Shown: piece after piece, positions 38,669 to 47,863 of the stretch
Position numbering within the stretch: position 1 is the stretch's first letter
Layout: every line of letters begins with the position of its first letter
DNA from: Bradymonadales bacterium
Lineage (GTDB): Bacteria > Bdellovibrionota > UBA2394
Assembly (NCBI GenBank): GCA_007693605.1
Contig: REDG01000056.1
Span: forward strand, 4,358-68,357
Direction: 5' to 3'
DNA length: 64,000 nt
Notes under the pieces: model-generated
The model's input: only the letters and a program-made list of their open reading frames with translations
The model's database searches: none
What the model was told of the DNA's origin: nothing
Translations under genes and position numbers: made by a program

Positions 38669-39669
38669 TCATGTTAGAGGCATTAGAACTGAATCCGACA
38701 CCCAGACGCCCGGTGTGGATTATGCGACAAGCTGGGCGATATTTGGCTTCCTATCGAAAGCTTCGAGAGAAGCATAGTTTTATGGAGTTTGCCGGCAAAG
38801 CGGAGCTCGCTGTCGAAGTGAGTCTTCTTCCTCTTCGACAATATGAGCTCGATGCTGCGATTGTTTTCTCTGATATTTTGATTCCTTTGCAGGCGACGGG
38901 AGCGACGCTGGAATTCACCGAAAAGGGGCCAGTTCTGGGGGCTCCAAAGACCACAGAAGAATTGCGTACTTTTTCTACGGACTTCGATCCGAAGACGCAC
39001 ACCCCAGTGATTCTAGAAACGCTTTCGATTTTAAGAAAGGAAGTGGCCGCAGAGAAGGCGCTTTTGGGTTTTGCGGGCGCCCCCTTTACAATGTTGAGTT
39101 ATCTTTTGGAAGGAAAGTTGACTCGAGATCTTTCCATTATGAAGAGCTGGATGGCCAACGAGAGGGAGTTGGTTCATGAGTGGCTTGATCGTTTGGCGAC
39201 ATGGATGGGGGGTTATTTGGATGCTCAAGCCGTTGCTGGAGCCAATGCGGTTCAACTTTTTGATACTTGGGCGTCGGTGCTTTCTCCGAAGGACTTTGAA
39301 GAATTCGCTCTTCCTTATGCTCGAAAAGTGGTGAGCGAAGTGACCGTTCCCTGCATTTACTATGTCAATGGAGTGGCGGGGATTTTAGATCAAGCGGCCT
39401 CGGTTGGAGCTCAAGCCCTCAGTATCGATTGGAAAATGGATATTGGAGAGGCCAGAAAGAGAACTTCGCAAGTGATTGCCTTGCAGGGAAATTTAGATCC
39501 CTATCATCTATTGCTTCCGAAAGACCTATTGCGAGAGAAGGTCTTTCAGATTTGTGAGAGCTATGGCCGAGGACCGGGGCATATTCTAAATTTGGGTCAC
39601 GGCATTGTGCCCTCCATTCCGGAAGATCAAGTGAAAGTCTTTGTAGACGCTGTTCATGAGTGGCGCTGA
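38665..39669 (+). CDS. hemE: Uroporphyrinogen decarboxylase
   Basis: PVWIMRQAGRYL N-terminal signature. 334 aa. Confidence 0.85.
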   Translation: MIMLEALELNPTPRRPVWIMRQAGRYLASYRKLREKHSFMEFAGKAELAVEVSLLPLRQYELDAAIVFSDILIPLQATGATLEFTEKGPVLGAPKTTEELRTFSTDFDPKTHTPVILETLSILRKEVAAEKALLGFAGAPFTMLSYLLEGKLTRDLSIMKSWMANERELVHEWLDRLATWMGGYLDAQAVAGANAVQLFDTWASVLSPKDFEEFALPYARKVVSEVTVPCIYYVNGVAGILDQAASVGAQALSIDWKMDIGEARKRTSQVIALQGNLDPYHLLLPKDLLREKVFQICESYGRGPGHILNLGHGIVPSIPEDQVKVFVDAVHEWR

Positions 39670-39696
39670 ATCGATCCTGCCACTTCACAACTTTTG

Positions 39697-42288
39697 TTAA
39701 AATGGAGGATGGTGGATCTCAGGCTTCATGGGCTGTCCCAAACTGGACACCACAGTCTGGCAGGCCGCTTTAGTGGTGATTCCGAGCTTCCACACCAGCC
39801 GGCCTCCTTGAATGAGCACCCATCGAAGGCCTAGATAGCTTCCTCCAATTCCGTAGCCGAGAGTGCGAACGGCATTTAGGCTAGGCTGTAAATCTTCAGT
39901 TGAAACTTTTGCCCAACTAGGAGTTCTTCTCTCTCTGATGTTTGCGAGTTTAGCTAAGCTTCTTTCAGTGGCCACCCTTGCGTATTGCAGACCTAGCCCC
40001 CAGCTTCGACTGAATCTCTGTAGGCCATGATTCAGTGAAGCGACTCCATACTTTAGATCGCTGAGCTCATCGAGCCCACTGTTTTGCTGGTAGACATCAA
40101 AAGATTCTCGAGCTTGGAGTTCGTTTCTTCTTCTTTCAAGCTTTTCTTCAGAAATCTTTAATCGTTCCTTCGATTTGTTTCCAAGGCTTCGTTCAAATCC
40201 TTCGATGTTCTGAATACTCGTCAGACCAAGTTTTCCGAGTCTTCTAATGAGTCGATCAAAGCGGCTCAGCTTCTCAGAATTCGAAAGACCCGCAGTTCTT
40301 GTCAATGTATCGGGAATAAGCATCACAAGGTCTTCGGCGTTGGCATAGAAAAAATTGAAAAACTCATAGAGTCTAGATTTCAATCTGTTCCAGCTTTCTT
40401 GATAGTCTTCTTTCTTTCTTAAATTGAAGTGAGCAGAGATTCGAGAGGCTTCAAAGGTGGCGATGGGAATGGCGAGTAAGATCGCCGCCTGGCCGAGGGG
40501 CAGGTGTGCGGACTGGTCTCCCAAATTGACCCAGACTCCAAAATTGACATAGGCAAGAATCTTGAGGGGTAGAGTCAAATAGATCTCGCCAAAATTGTAA
40601 ACGAGCCGGCCCCACTTGAAGGAGAAGTATTGTCCCACGAAGGGAAGTGAGTTGAGAACGGGAATCTTAATCTCTCGAGAAGAGACCCCAGCCTTTTCAG
40701 CCAGTTCATTTGCCACATGGGTTCTTGATTTGACCATAGCGTTGAGTTCAGTGTTGACCAAGACTCGTGCCGTGTTCTCGGGATCCAGCAGAGATCGTTG
40801 GGTGAATAGAGCGGTAAAGGGAATGGCGTAGAGCAGACTCTTCACATATTTTTTCCATTTGATGGTTTTCCTTCGTTCATCAAAGCTTTGTCCTTTCGCT
40901 CGGCTCTCCCAGTGAATCCAGCTATCAATAAAAAAGCCGATGACAAAGGCCCCATAAAATCCCGTAAAAAATGTCGCGGTCCAGACATCTTCCCAAGTTC
41001 GTGTTGAATTTCCGACCACCTCAAGATCGAGATAGCCCACTCCTAAAATCACACCCATCTGAAAGATGGCGCAGATGGCTTGTTCCACAACAATTTTTCC
41101 GTTGGGTTTGTGCATGGTCGCCCACCACCAGAGTTTTGCATAATCCATGCTTTTCTTTGGTGGGCGTTTGTAGGTCTGTACGGCGCTGGTTCTCGTGTAA
41201 CCCACTTCCGTTCCATTCTCATAGAAGATGACAACAGGATCTCTTCCCGTTTCTCCATCCAAGCGCCCTCGCCCCCCCTCGACCATGGCGCGAGCCAAAA
41301 TCTTTCTGAGATGCTTGCTGTCAGGCCTCACTTTGTTCGTATTCACAAAGAGAAAGGCCCGTTCTGAGGCATAGTGAACCAACTTGATGACTTTCACCCC
41401 ATCGGCCTGGGTGATTTCAGCGCGGCCCCAAGCAAATTCGAGCCGGATCTCATCCGACTCGAGTCGAATCAGACTTCGAAATCGATCATTCACGCCCTCT
41501 AAGCTTTCGTCGACCAGACTGGATTGAGACACCCGAGTTCTGGTGGCCTCGTAGCTTTTCTCTAGTGAACGGAACACCTCATCATAGAGTTGTTTCTCGA
41601 CACGACGGCCTTGCTGAAGCATTTCTAAAAAGCCGCTGATCAACTGCTGCTCCCAATACTCTGAGTCCTGACCTTCTAGATCAAAATCAGGCAGTTCTCG
41701 GAGGGCCTCTGAGAGACTTCGATGCATACTCTCAGGGCGGATACTCCAGCGGGGGTTGGTTACCTCCATCAGGGCTTTGGCCTCGCCTGAGATGATAAGG
41801 TGAAGGCTTGAAATGACCGAGATCGTCTTGGCGAACTCAAAATAGCTCGAGTTTTGAAGCTCCGACTCTAGCTCTGGTGCTCTTCGGTGCTTCAGGTCTT
41901 GTCCCGCCGGAAAGGCTCGACTGAGGTCTTGGTGGAGGGCCTTCAGAAGCTCTTTTGGCAGATCAAATATGTCCACACCGTAGAGAAAGTCGGTCATTCG
42001 CCGAATATAGGGATCTTCTAGGGGGTGTAAGTCTCTATGCCGCTGAAAGTCCGTTTCAAGAAATCGACCGCGGTCATTGAGGATGTCCAAGAACTCGTCG
42101 CGAACCTCTGCTTCTTCAATTTCTTGGCTGAGTTCAAGAAGCCTTTCATAAGATAGGGACGGCTTTGATGAAACGGCATCATCATCACCAAGAAGTGGCT
42201 GAAGAAAACAAGGGCTGAGCAGACAAAAGGCGACGAATCGGAAAAGAAAGCGAGGCGGACGCAAAGAGCCGAGACTCAGAATCGCCAC
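39697..42288 (-). CDS. Large hypothetical polytopic membrane protein (863 aa): signal peptide, about 380-aa N-terminal domain, multi-TM core, about 250-aa C-terminal domain
   Basis: Long uninterrupted ORF with a hydrophobic N-terminus and a mid-protein cluster of TM helices (…FFTGFYGAFVIGFFIDSW…). No family recognised. Confidence 0.6.
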   Translation of the reverse strand: MAILSLGSLRPPRFLFRFVAFCLLSPCFLQPLLGDDDAVSSKPSLSYERLLELSQEIEEAEVRDEFLDILNDRGRFLETDFQRHRDLHPLEDPYIRRMTDFLYGVDIFDLPKELLKALHQDLSRAFPAGQDLKHRRAPELESELQNSSYFEFAKTISVISSLHLIISGEAKALMEVTNPRWSIRPESMHRSLSEALRELPDFDLEGQDSEYWEQQLISGFLEMLQQGRRVEKQLYDEVFRSLEKSYEATRTRVSQSSLVDESLEGVNDRFRSLIRLESDEIRLEFAWGRAEITQADGVKVIKLVHYASERAFLFVNTNKVRPDSKHLRKILARAMVEGGRGRLDGETGRDPVVIFYENGTEVGYTRTSAVQTYKRPPKKSMDYAKLWWWATMHKPNGKIVVEQAICAIFQMGVILGVGYLDLEVVGNSTRTWEDVWTATFFTGFYGAFVIGFFIDSWIHWESRAKGQSFDERRKTIKWKKYVKSLLYAIPFTALFTQRSLLDPENTARVLVNTELNAMVKSRTHVANELAEKAGVSSREIKIPVLNSLPFVGQYFSFKWGRLVYNFGEIYLTLPLKILAYVNFGVWVNLGDQSAHLPLGQAAILLAIPIATFEASRISAHFNLRKKEDYQESWNRLKSRLYEFFNFFYANAEDLVMLIPDTLTRTAGLSNSEKLSRFDRLIRRLGKLGLTSIQNIEGFERSLGNKSKERLKISEEKLERRRNELQARESFDVYQQNSGLDELSDLKYGVASLNHGLQRFSRSWGLGLQYARVATERSLAKLANIRERRTPSWAKVSTEDLQPSLNAVRTLGYGIGGSYLGLRWVLIQGGRLVWKLGITTKAACQTVVSSLGQPMKPEIHHPPF

Positions 42289-42420
42289 TCGACCACCCCA
42301 AATTGAAGATCCAAATTTCTAGACTTCAAATTCCCACCAACCACACAGTCGAAGTTTTAGCAGTTCCCTCGACTCCTTGTGATTAAGATTCCGTTAGGCT
42401 TGGAATAGCTTTTCGTCAGT

Positions 42421-43335
42421 TTACAAATTCAAAAGAAGGTGCAGCTTTGGCGGCAGCCAATTCCTTTCGATGTCCACCTGAAGAATTCGTTCCAGGCGTT
42501 GTTCTGAGGGGCTCGCTGATTCCACGGGAGAACTGTGGTCTGCGAGAACAGGATTTTCTTGTAGCCGTCTTTCGACCGTTTCTCTAAGCTCTCGGTCTCT
42601 CTCCATTTGAACCCGGAGCTGACGAATAAACTGATTTGCTCGCGCATTAAACTGAGGTGAGGTCAGCAGATAGATCGCATTTCGATATTCCTCTAAACTA
42701 GGAGCTTCAAAACTAGCGTAGGCCAGGTACTCCTCTCGAAGTCGGGCCGCCCAATCGGGACGGTTGCCATATAGAGCGTAAGTGGAGGCAATCAGAAGCA
42801 TATCTCGATGTTCTCTTGAGCTTCGACCCAGATAGCTAAAATAGGGCACAGATTGAAGGTAGAGCTGAGCTTCTAACCCATAGTTGAAGGCCCCCTTTTG
42901 CAAGAGGGTCGGGTTGAGCATTCTTCGCTCAAACATATTCTGAATTCCAAGATTGGCGTATCGAATGGCCTTGACGAGTCGTTCTCGATTAGCGCCCAAA
43001 CGATTATAAACAAAAGCGGTTGAGGCCCAATCATAAAAGAACTGAAAATTAGGGTCTAGATGCAGTATGAGTTCTGTATAGTTTTCTAGATACTTGAGAT
43101 TCGTTCTTGGTCTTAACAGCTCGGCGCCAAAATAATTGACGCCTTCGATCCAAAAGATGTCGGCAGCAGCCAGATCGTAGCCAAAGGCAAAGACCCTCAC
43201 ATACTCAGGGGGAAGAAAGTAGCGGATGTCTAACTCAGAGGCCCGCTCCTTTACTCGTTCGTCTAGCTGATGCTTACTGACGCCATAGCCCCCAAGACAG
43301 AGGGCGATGATCAAAAGCCAAAAAACTCTCTTCAT
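42421..43335 (-). CDS. Hypothetical secreted protein (304 aa), co-directional upstream of the 863-aa membrane protein
   Basis: Signal peptide MKRVFWLLIIALCLGGYG. Aromatic-rich, no recognised motif. Confidence 0.55.
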   Translation of the reverse strand: MKRVFWLLIIALCLGGYGVSKHQLDERVKERASELDIRYFLPPEYVRVFAFGYDLAAADIFWIEGVNYFGAELLRPRTNLKYLENYTELILHLDPNFQFFYDWASTAFVYNRLGANRERLVKAIRYANLGIQNMFERRMLNPTLLQKGAFNYGLEAQLYLQSVPYFSYLGRSSREHRDMLLIASTYALYGNRPDWAARLREEYLAYASFEAPSLEEYRNAIYLLTSPQFNARANQFIRQLRVQMERDRELRETVERRLQENPVLADHSSPVESASPSEQRLERILQVDIERNWLPPKLHLLLNL

Positions 43336-43434
43336 GCCCCCTCATTCTAGCGCCCTCCGGAAGCTTGTCTCAAGCTTTCCCTTGAGGAGATGTCCCCAGA
43401 GAGGATAATCATGTAACCTGGAACTTGAAGACGA

Positions 43435-43656
43435 ATGAAGGACTATCATATCAACATCTTTTATAGTGAAGAAGACGGCGGTTATATCGCTGACATTCCA
43501 GACTTGGAGGCCTGCTCTGCCTTTGGCAAGTCCGCCAGTGAAGCCCTTGCTGAAGTTGAGATAGCAAAGTCGGCTTGGCTGGAGGCAGCGAAGGAAGAGG
43601 GTAAGTCAATTCCCAAAGCTAGGTATCGACCCCTGATCTATCAGGCGGTTTCTTAA
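43435..43656 (+). CDS. HicB-like (UPF0150) antitoxin-fold protein, apparently orphan
   Basis: YHINIFYSEEDGGYIADIPDLEACSAFGKSASEALAEV matches the UPF0150/HicB N-terminal domain. No HicA-like ORF is adjacent. Confidence 0.5.
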   Translation: MKDYHINIFYSEEDGGYIADIPDLEACSAFGKSASEALAEVEIAKSAWLEAAKEEGKSIPKARYRPLIYQAVS

Positions 43657-43700
43657 TCTTTGTGGGAGTGTCGCTAAAGACCCGTCTGCCCCGACACTCT

Positions 43701-43798
43701 GGTCGACCTTCGGTCGACCTGGTTTGAGGATGGCTGCAACGCTCCTTTCCCGCGTTGCAGTGGCGGCTGCGTAGCGCATCTGGGCCCTTATCGCCACT
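43701..43798 (+). ncRNA. Candidate structured RNA/DNA element: three consecutive hairpins in an intergenic region
   Basis: GGTCGACC-TTCG-GGTCGACC (perfect 8-bp stem with a UUCG tetraloop), GCAACGC-N9-GCGTTGC, and AGTGGCG-N26-CGCCACT. The strand of any transcript is unknown. Confidence 0.25.
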
Positions 43799-43955
43799 CC
43801 CGAATCAAGAGTTTGGCGACAGTCCCTTTGTGTGACCAAATGTTTGGGGACTGAGCCGCCTTTCAAAGCAGATTGGCCTTCAACGCCAGTCCCTAAAACC
43901 CTCTTTTCAAATCTTCTAGGCTTTTGGGCAGGGGCCGAGTTATCCTCTAGTTCAG

Positions 43956-44393
43956 ATGCTTCGGCTGATCCTATCTCTCTTTGTTTTACTGCCCGCCTTT
44001 GGGGGTTGCCAGTCGGCCAATCGAGCGGCTCAGTTGGATGAATCTGTTCGCGGTTACACCTTGGCACTTCGACGTTCCGATCAACAGGTGGCGGCCCAAT
44101 TTGTTGAGCCCAGAGCTCGAAACGACTTTCTCAGTAGCTTTCGAGAATTAGACCGGTATCATTTTTCGGATATTCAGGTTGGCTTTGTTTCGCCAACCGA
44201 AGATATGGAGCAGGCCATTGTCAGTCTCGATATCGAATACTTTTCGCCGACCGGAATGCAGCTCTACCAAGTCCAAAGATTTTTCAATTGGACTTACGAT
44301 CGAGACTCCAAGCGATGGCTCCTCTCAGAGAGGCACCCGCTGGGGCAGAGTCAGGCAGGGCCCTTATCACCAGGCCCCAGGGACTCGCGCTAA
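43956..44393 (+). CDS. Hypothetical lipoprotein
   Basis: Lipobox LLPAFGGC after a signal peptide. 145 aa. Confidence 0.5.
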   Translation: MLRLILSLFVLLPAFGGCQSANRAAQLDESVRGYTLALRRSDQQVAAQFVEPRARNDFLSSFRELDRYHFSDIQVGFVSPTEDMEQAIVSLDIEYFSPTGMQLYQVQRFFNWTYDRDSKRWLLSERHPLGQSQAGPLSPGPRDSR

Positions 44394-44456
44394 AGACCTC
44401 TCTGCTTTTGTGCGGCAAAGCATCGCTTCTCGAACGAACTAGCTTAGGGATCTAGC

Positions 44457-44882
44457 TTAGAATGGGATGTCTTCGTCAGCCGCTGACTGAGAAGCTTGTT
44501 CTGGCATGGGCATGCTTGAAGAGTCCATATTGCTCGTCGATCTAGAATCCCCTGCCTTGTCAAGAAACTGCACCGTATTGGCAACCACTTCTGTGGTGTA
44601 TCGTTTGTTGCCATCTTTGTCGTCCCATTGGCGAGTCTGAAGCCGCCCCTCAATATAGGCCTGGCGACCTTTGCTCAGGTATTGAGCGCAGTTCTCTGCC
44701 TGTTTTCCCCAAACGACAATTCGATGCCATTCGGTTCGCTCCTGTTTCTGACCCTCTTTGTCCGTCCAGTTTTCAGAGGTGGCAATATTAAAATTTGCAA
44801 CGGCGGCCCCTGAGCCCGTAAAACGAATCTCAGGATCGGCCCCGAGCCGTCCAACCAAAATTACTTTATTCACTCCAGACAT
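44457..44882 (-). CDS. ssb: Single-stranded DNA-binding protein
   Basis: OB-fold [16 protein letters not shown]…[11 protein letters not shown] and a C-terminal DIPF tail. GGAGG SD precedes the ATG at 44882 (the ORF track gives a longer form from 44924). Confidence 0.85.
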   Translation of the reverse strand: MSGVNKVILVGRLGADPEIRFTGSGAAVANFNIATSENWTDKEGQKQERTEWHRIVVWGKQAENCAQYLSKGRQAYIEGRLQTRQWDDKDGNKRYTTEVVANTVQFLDKAGDSRSTSNMDSSSMPMPEQASQSAADEDIPF

Positions 44883-44948
44883 CGACAAACCTCCTTTAAA
44901 AGCTGTTTTACGAATGCTTGGCATTGAAAACGGCTCATGTAAAGTCTT

Positions 44949-45770
44949 TTGGGAGTGCTCGATTTTATTCGCCTACTAAAAAGCTCTGTGATTATTGTAA
45001 GCCTGACTCTTGTTTGCGCGCTGATCGTGCTCGTCGTTGGCTTTTTGGGCTTGATTTCAGGCAAACGGGTGGGACCAGGAGATTCCTTTGGCTTTGCGGC
45101 TCGGGTGAGGCGCTGGTGGGCCAGCGCAATTCTTTTTCTTCACGGCATTAGAATCCAGGTCGACGGTCCAGGCAAGGCCGAGCTTTTGTCTCCTGAGGGC
45201 TTGATCATTACCAGCAACCATCAGTCGGCTCTCGACATCTTTGTGAGCAGCCTGGTTTGTCCGAACAACTCCTTTTTCTTGGCTAAGCGGGAACTGCTCC
45301 TCATTCCATTTTTCGGATGGGCGGCGGCTCTGGGGCATACCGTCTTCGTTGATCGTAGACAGGGAGTAAAAGACGAGGCGGCCATTGAATCTGTCCGAAA
45401 GCTCTTAGCCCGAGGGGACAACCTGATCATTTACCCAGAGGGAACTCGATCGCGATCTCGAAAAATGGGGAAATTCAAGCGAGGAGCCTTTGTGATGGCC
45501 ATTCAACTTCAAAAGGCCGTTTTGCCCATGAGCATTCAGAATTCGATCGATCTGACCGGTCGCTTTCAGCTCTCGCTTAGGCCGGGTGTGCTGAGAGTAT
45601 GGATCGATCGACCGGTGCCCGTCAGCGGTCTTTCGCTAGAGGACCGCTTTGACTTGGCCGAAAAACTTCAGAAGATCATTCAATCAAATCTGGAAAGCTC
45701 AAGTGAAGGCTCGGCTTTGGAATCAAAACTAGATCAAAGCTCAGAAAAATTAGAAACTGGGGTGTCATGA
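44949..45770 (+). CDS. plsC: 1-acyl-sn-glycerol-3-phosphate acyltransferase (PlsC family)
   Basis: N-terminal TM, HX4D motif [14 protein letters not shown] block. Confidence 0.7.
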   Translation: MGVLDFIRLLKSSVIIVSLTLVCALIVLVVGFLGLISGKRVGPGDSFGFAARVRRWWASAILFLHGIRIQVDGPGKAELLSPEGLIITSNHQSALDIFVSSLVCPNNSFFLAKRELLLIPFFGWAAALGHTVFVDRRQGVKDEAAIESVRKLLARGDNLIIYPEGTRSRSRKMGKFKRGAFVMAIQLQKAVLPMSIQNSIDLTGRFQLSLRPGVLRVWIDRPVPVSGLSLEDRFDLAEKLQKIIQSNLESSSEGSALESKLDQSSEKLETGVS

Positions 45771-47029
45771 CCCGCTGCCTTGTATTCTTTGTCGGCCTTT
45801 GCTTGTTGAGTTCTGGCTTTGTCGGGGCAGAGAACCGGGTGCGCCGCGTTGCGTTAATCGACTTAAATTCTGACGACCTAGATGAGGGAGATCGCTTTCA
45901 GTTTCTGGATCGATTGGCCGACCAACTGGGTCGAGGTCGTGACTTTGTGTTGGTCTCGCGACAAGAGATTCAGCAGCGACTGTTGAGGCCCCATCCACGA
46001 GTGGGCGAGAGACAAGAGTTCTTTCAAGAGGTCAGCAAAAGATGGTCCCGACTAGAGCCTCAGATTCTCAGGCTTTCTGAACTCTATCTCGCCTCTCAGT
46101 TTGCAGAGGTGGTGTCTTCAGCCGAGAGAATTTGGTTAGAGCTGCCGTTGGTTGGAGACCAACTCGGAGCTCAAGACTTGATTGACTTTGTTGCGGTTTG
46201 GGCGGCATCTCTTTGGTTTCTCGAAAGAGAGACGGAGCTTCGTCAGGTTCTAGAGATGCTTTGGAGCATTCTGGATCGAGCTTCGCTGGGCGATCGATTT
46301 CCTCCTGACTTTATAGAGGTCGTTGAGAACCATCGGCGCCGTTTTCAGCCTAAACGGCGCACAGTCAATATTCAGGTGAATCCCGTCTCGGCAAGCTTTC
46401 GGCTTTTTGGCCAAAGGCTTGAGTATCAACGAGGGGCGTTGAAGCTCCCCGATTCCGAATACTTTTCGCCAAACACTCCCATTCTAGTGGATGCTCCCGA
46501 TCACATTCCTCAGTGGGTGTCGATTCGAGAGCTGTCTGAAGATCTCAGCTTAGAGTCTGTAGAGTCTCAAGCGCGTGCGGTGGGTTCTTTGTTTCGAGTT
46601 CTCCATGCGCAAACGGCCCCCTTCGCTTTGATTGAGATTGGCGAGTTGGTTGGGGCGGATGTGATTTTACTGATGAACTTGAGTCTTCGTGGCGAAGGCT
46701 TTTACGAGTCAGAGGCCCAATGGTTAGAACTGAGTACGGGTCGAAGGTCTTTGGTCGTCGATGCCAGAGCCCGAACGATCGATGCATTAATTGAGATTGT
46801 CTCTTCTAAGTTGAAGCTGCTGATTCGAGACAACGCCAGGGTCTTGAGTCCTTCTCAAGCCATTGAGGAGGTTCCTCTTTTTCGTGACAGAGAGGCTTCA
46901 AAAACAAATTTGCTTAACCAGTGGTGGTTCTGGACGCTTGTGGGGGCCGGAATCATTGGAACTGGGGCAGGAGCTTATTTCTTGTTGAAGCCAGACCAAA
47001 GAACGCGATTGAATGTGACATGGGAGTAA
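45767..47029 (+). CDS. Hypothetical exported protein with C-terminal 'WWFWTLV' membrane anchor
   Basis: Signal peptide. The C-terminus is …NQWWFWTLVGAGIIGTGAGAYFLLK. ATGA overlap with plsC. Confidence 0.55.
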   Translation: MTRCLVFFVGLCLLSSGFVGAENRVRRVALIDLNSDDLDEGDRFQFLDRLADQLGRGRDFVLVSRQEIQQRLLRPHPRVGERQEFFQEVSKRWSRLEPQILRLSELYLASQFAEVVSSAERIWLELPLVGDQLGAQDLIDFVAVWAASLWFLERETELRQVLEMLWSILDRASLGDRFPPDFIEVVENHRRRFQPKRRTVNIQVNPVSASFRLFGQRLEYQRGALKLPDSEYFSPNTPILVDAPDHIPQWVSIRELSEDLSLESVESQARAVGSLFRVLHAQTAPFALIEIGELVGADVILLMNLSLRGEGFYESEAQWLELSTGRRSLVVDARARTIDALIEIVSSKLKLLIRDNARVLSPSQAIEEVPLFRDREASKTNLLNQWWFWTLVGAGIIGTGAGAYFLLKPDQRTRLNVTWE

Positions 47030-47032
47030 GTA

Positions 47033-47853
47033 TGAGGGATTTGATTCTGGGATTGCTGGTGGTGAATTTGGCCTTGGGTGGCAGCGGAGAGCTGCTGGCT
47101 CGCAACTTAGAGAACTTTAGGCAAACGAATCAGCGGGCTGCTCTTCTCGGAATTCAAAATGAGTTTGTAGACACGAATTTAGAAGAAGCAGTCAATCGAG
47201 AGCTGAGGCGAAACATCAACCGCTACACCACTTCTTACGCCTTGTCCGATGTGAGCAACTTTCGACTCGCCAATAATCCAGGAGGGCAGTTTTTTCGACC
47301 GAATGCACGACTCGAAGAGCCCCAGACCAATTTTTTAACTCGGGCCGCCGAAGAAAACGAGATTGATCTGATTGTCTTGGCCGCTATTCGAGAGGGTTCC
47401 GTTGGTTTAGATCTTGAACTTCAAATTTTTGATGCTCGCATCATGACTCTATCTGGAGTGGAGTCTGCTTCATTCTCTTTTAATCAGAGAGTGTCTGCGA
47501 TTGAAGATCTCGTTTACCGCATATTTGATTATCTCGACCGAGAGGGTTTTGTGCACCCAACCCGACAGGGTTTTCTTCAAAGACCCACGGCCTTGGGCGG
47601 AACTCGTTCTCCCGCAGACTTCGATCTAGCGGGCGGAGATGACTTTTTTCTTCTGCCCAGAGATCTGTCCGGACCCAGCTTAGCGGGTCGAGTTTCTGTT
47701 GGTGGTGACAAGACCCCGTTTTGGGAAGAGTGGTGGTTTTGGACCTTAGTCTTTGGCGGAATTGCGCTGGCGAGTGGGATGTCCTACTACTTTTTGGTGG
47801 AGAGACGACCTCCCAGCCGATCGTCTGTGGTGTTTAAGTTCGAAAACCCTTGA
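47033..47853 (+). CDS. Hypothetical exported protein, paralog of the upstream gene (same C-terminal 'WWFWTLV' anchor)
   Basis: MRDLILGLLVVNLALGG signal peptide. The C-terminus is …EEWWFWTLVFGGIALASGMSYYFLV. The ORF-track start at 46921 overlaps the upstream gene; ATG 47033 is preferred. Confidence 0.5.
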
Positions 47854-47863
47854 GACTCTTGGT

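Noticed and set aside
43657-43955. HicA toxin partner for the hicB-like gene
   Set aside because: The only ORFs there (69 aa plus strand, 153 aa minus strand) have no resemblance to the HicA/YcfA fold sequence pattern.
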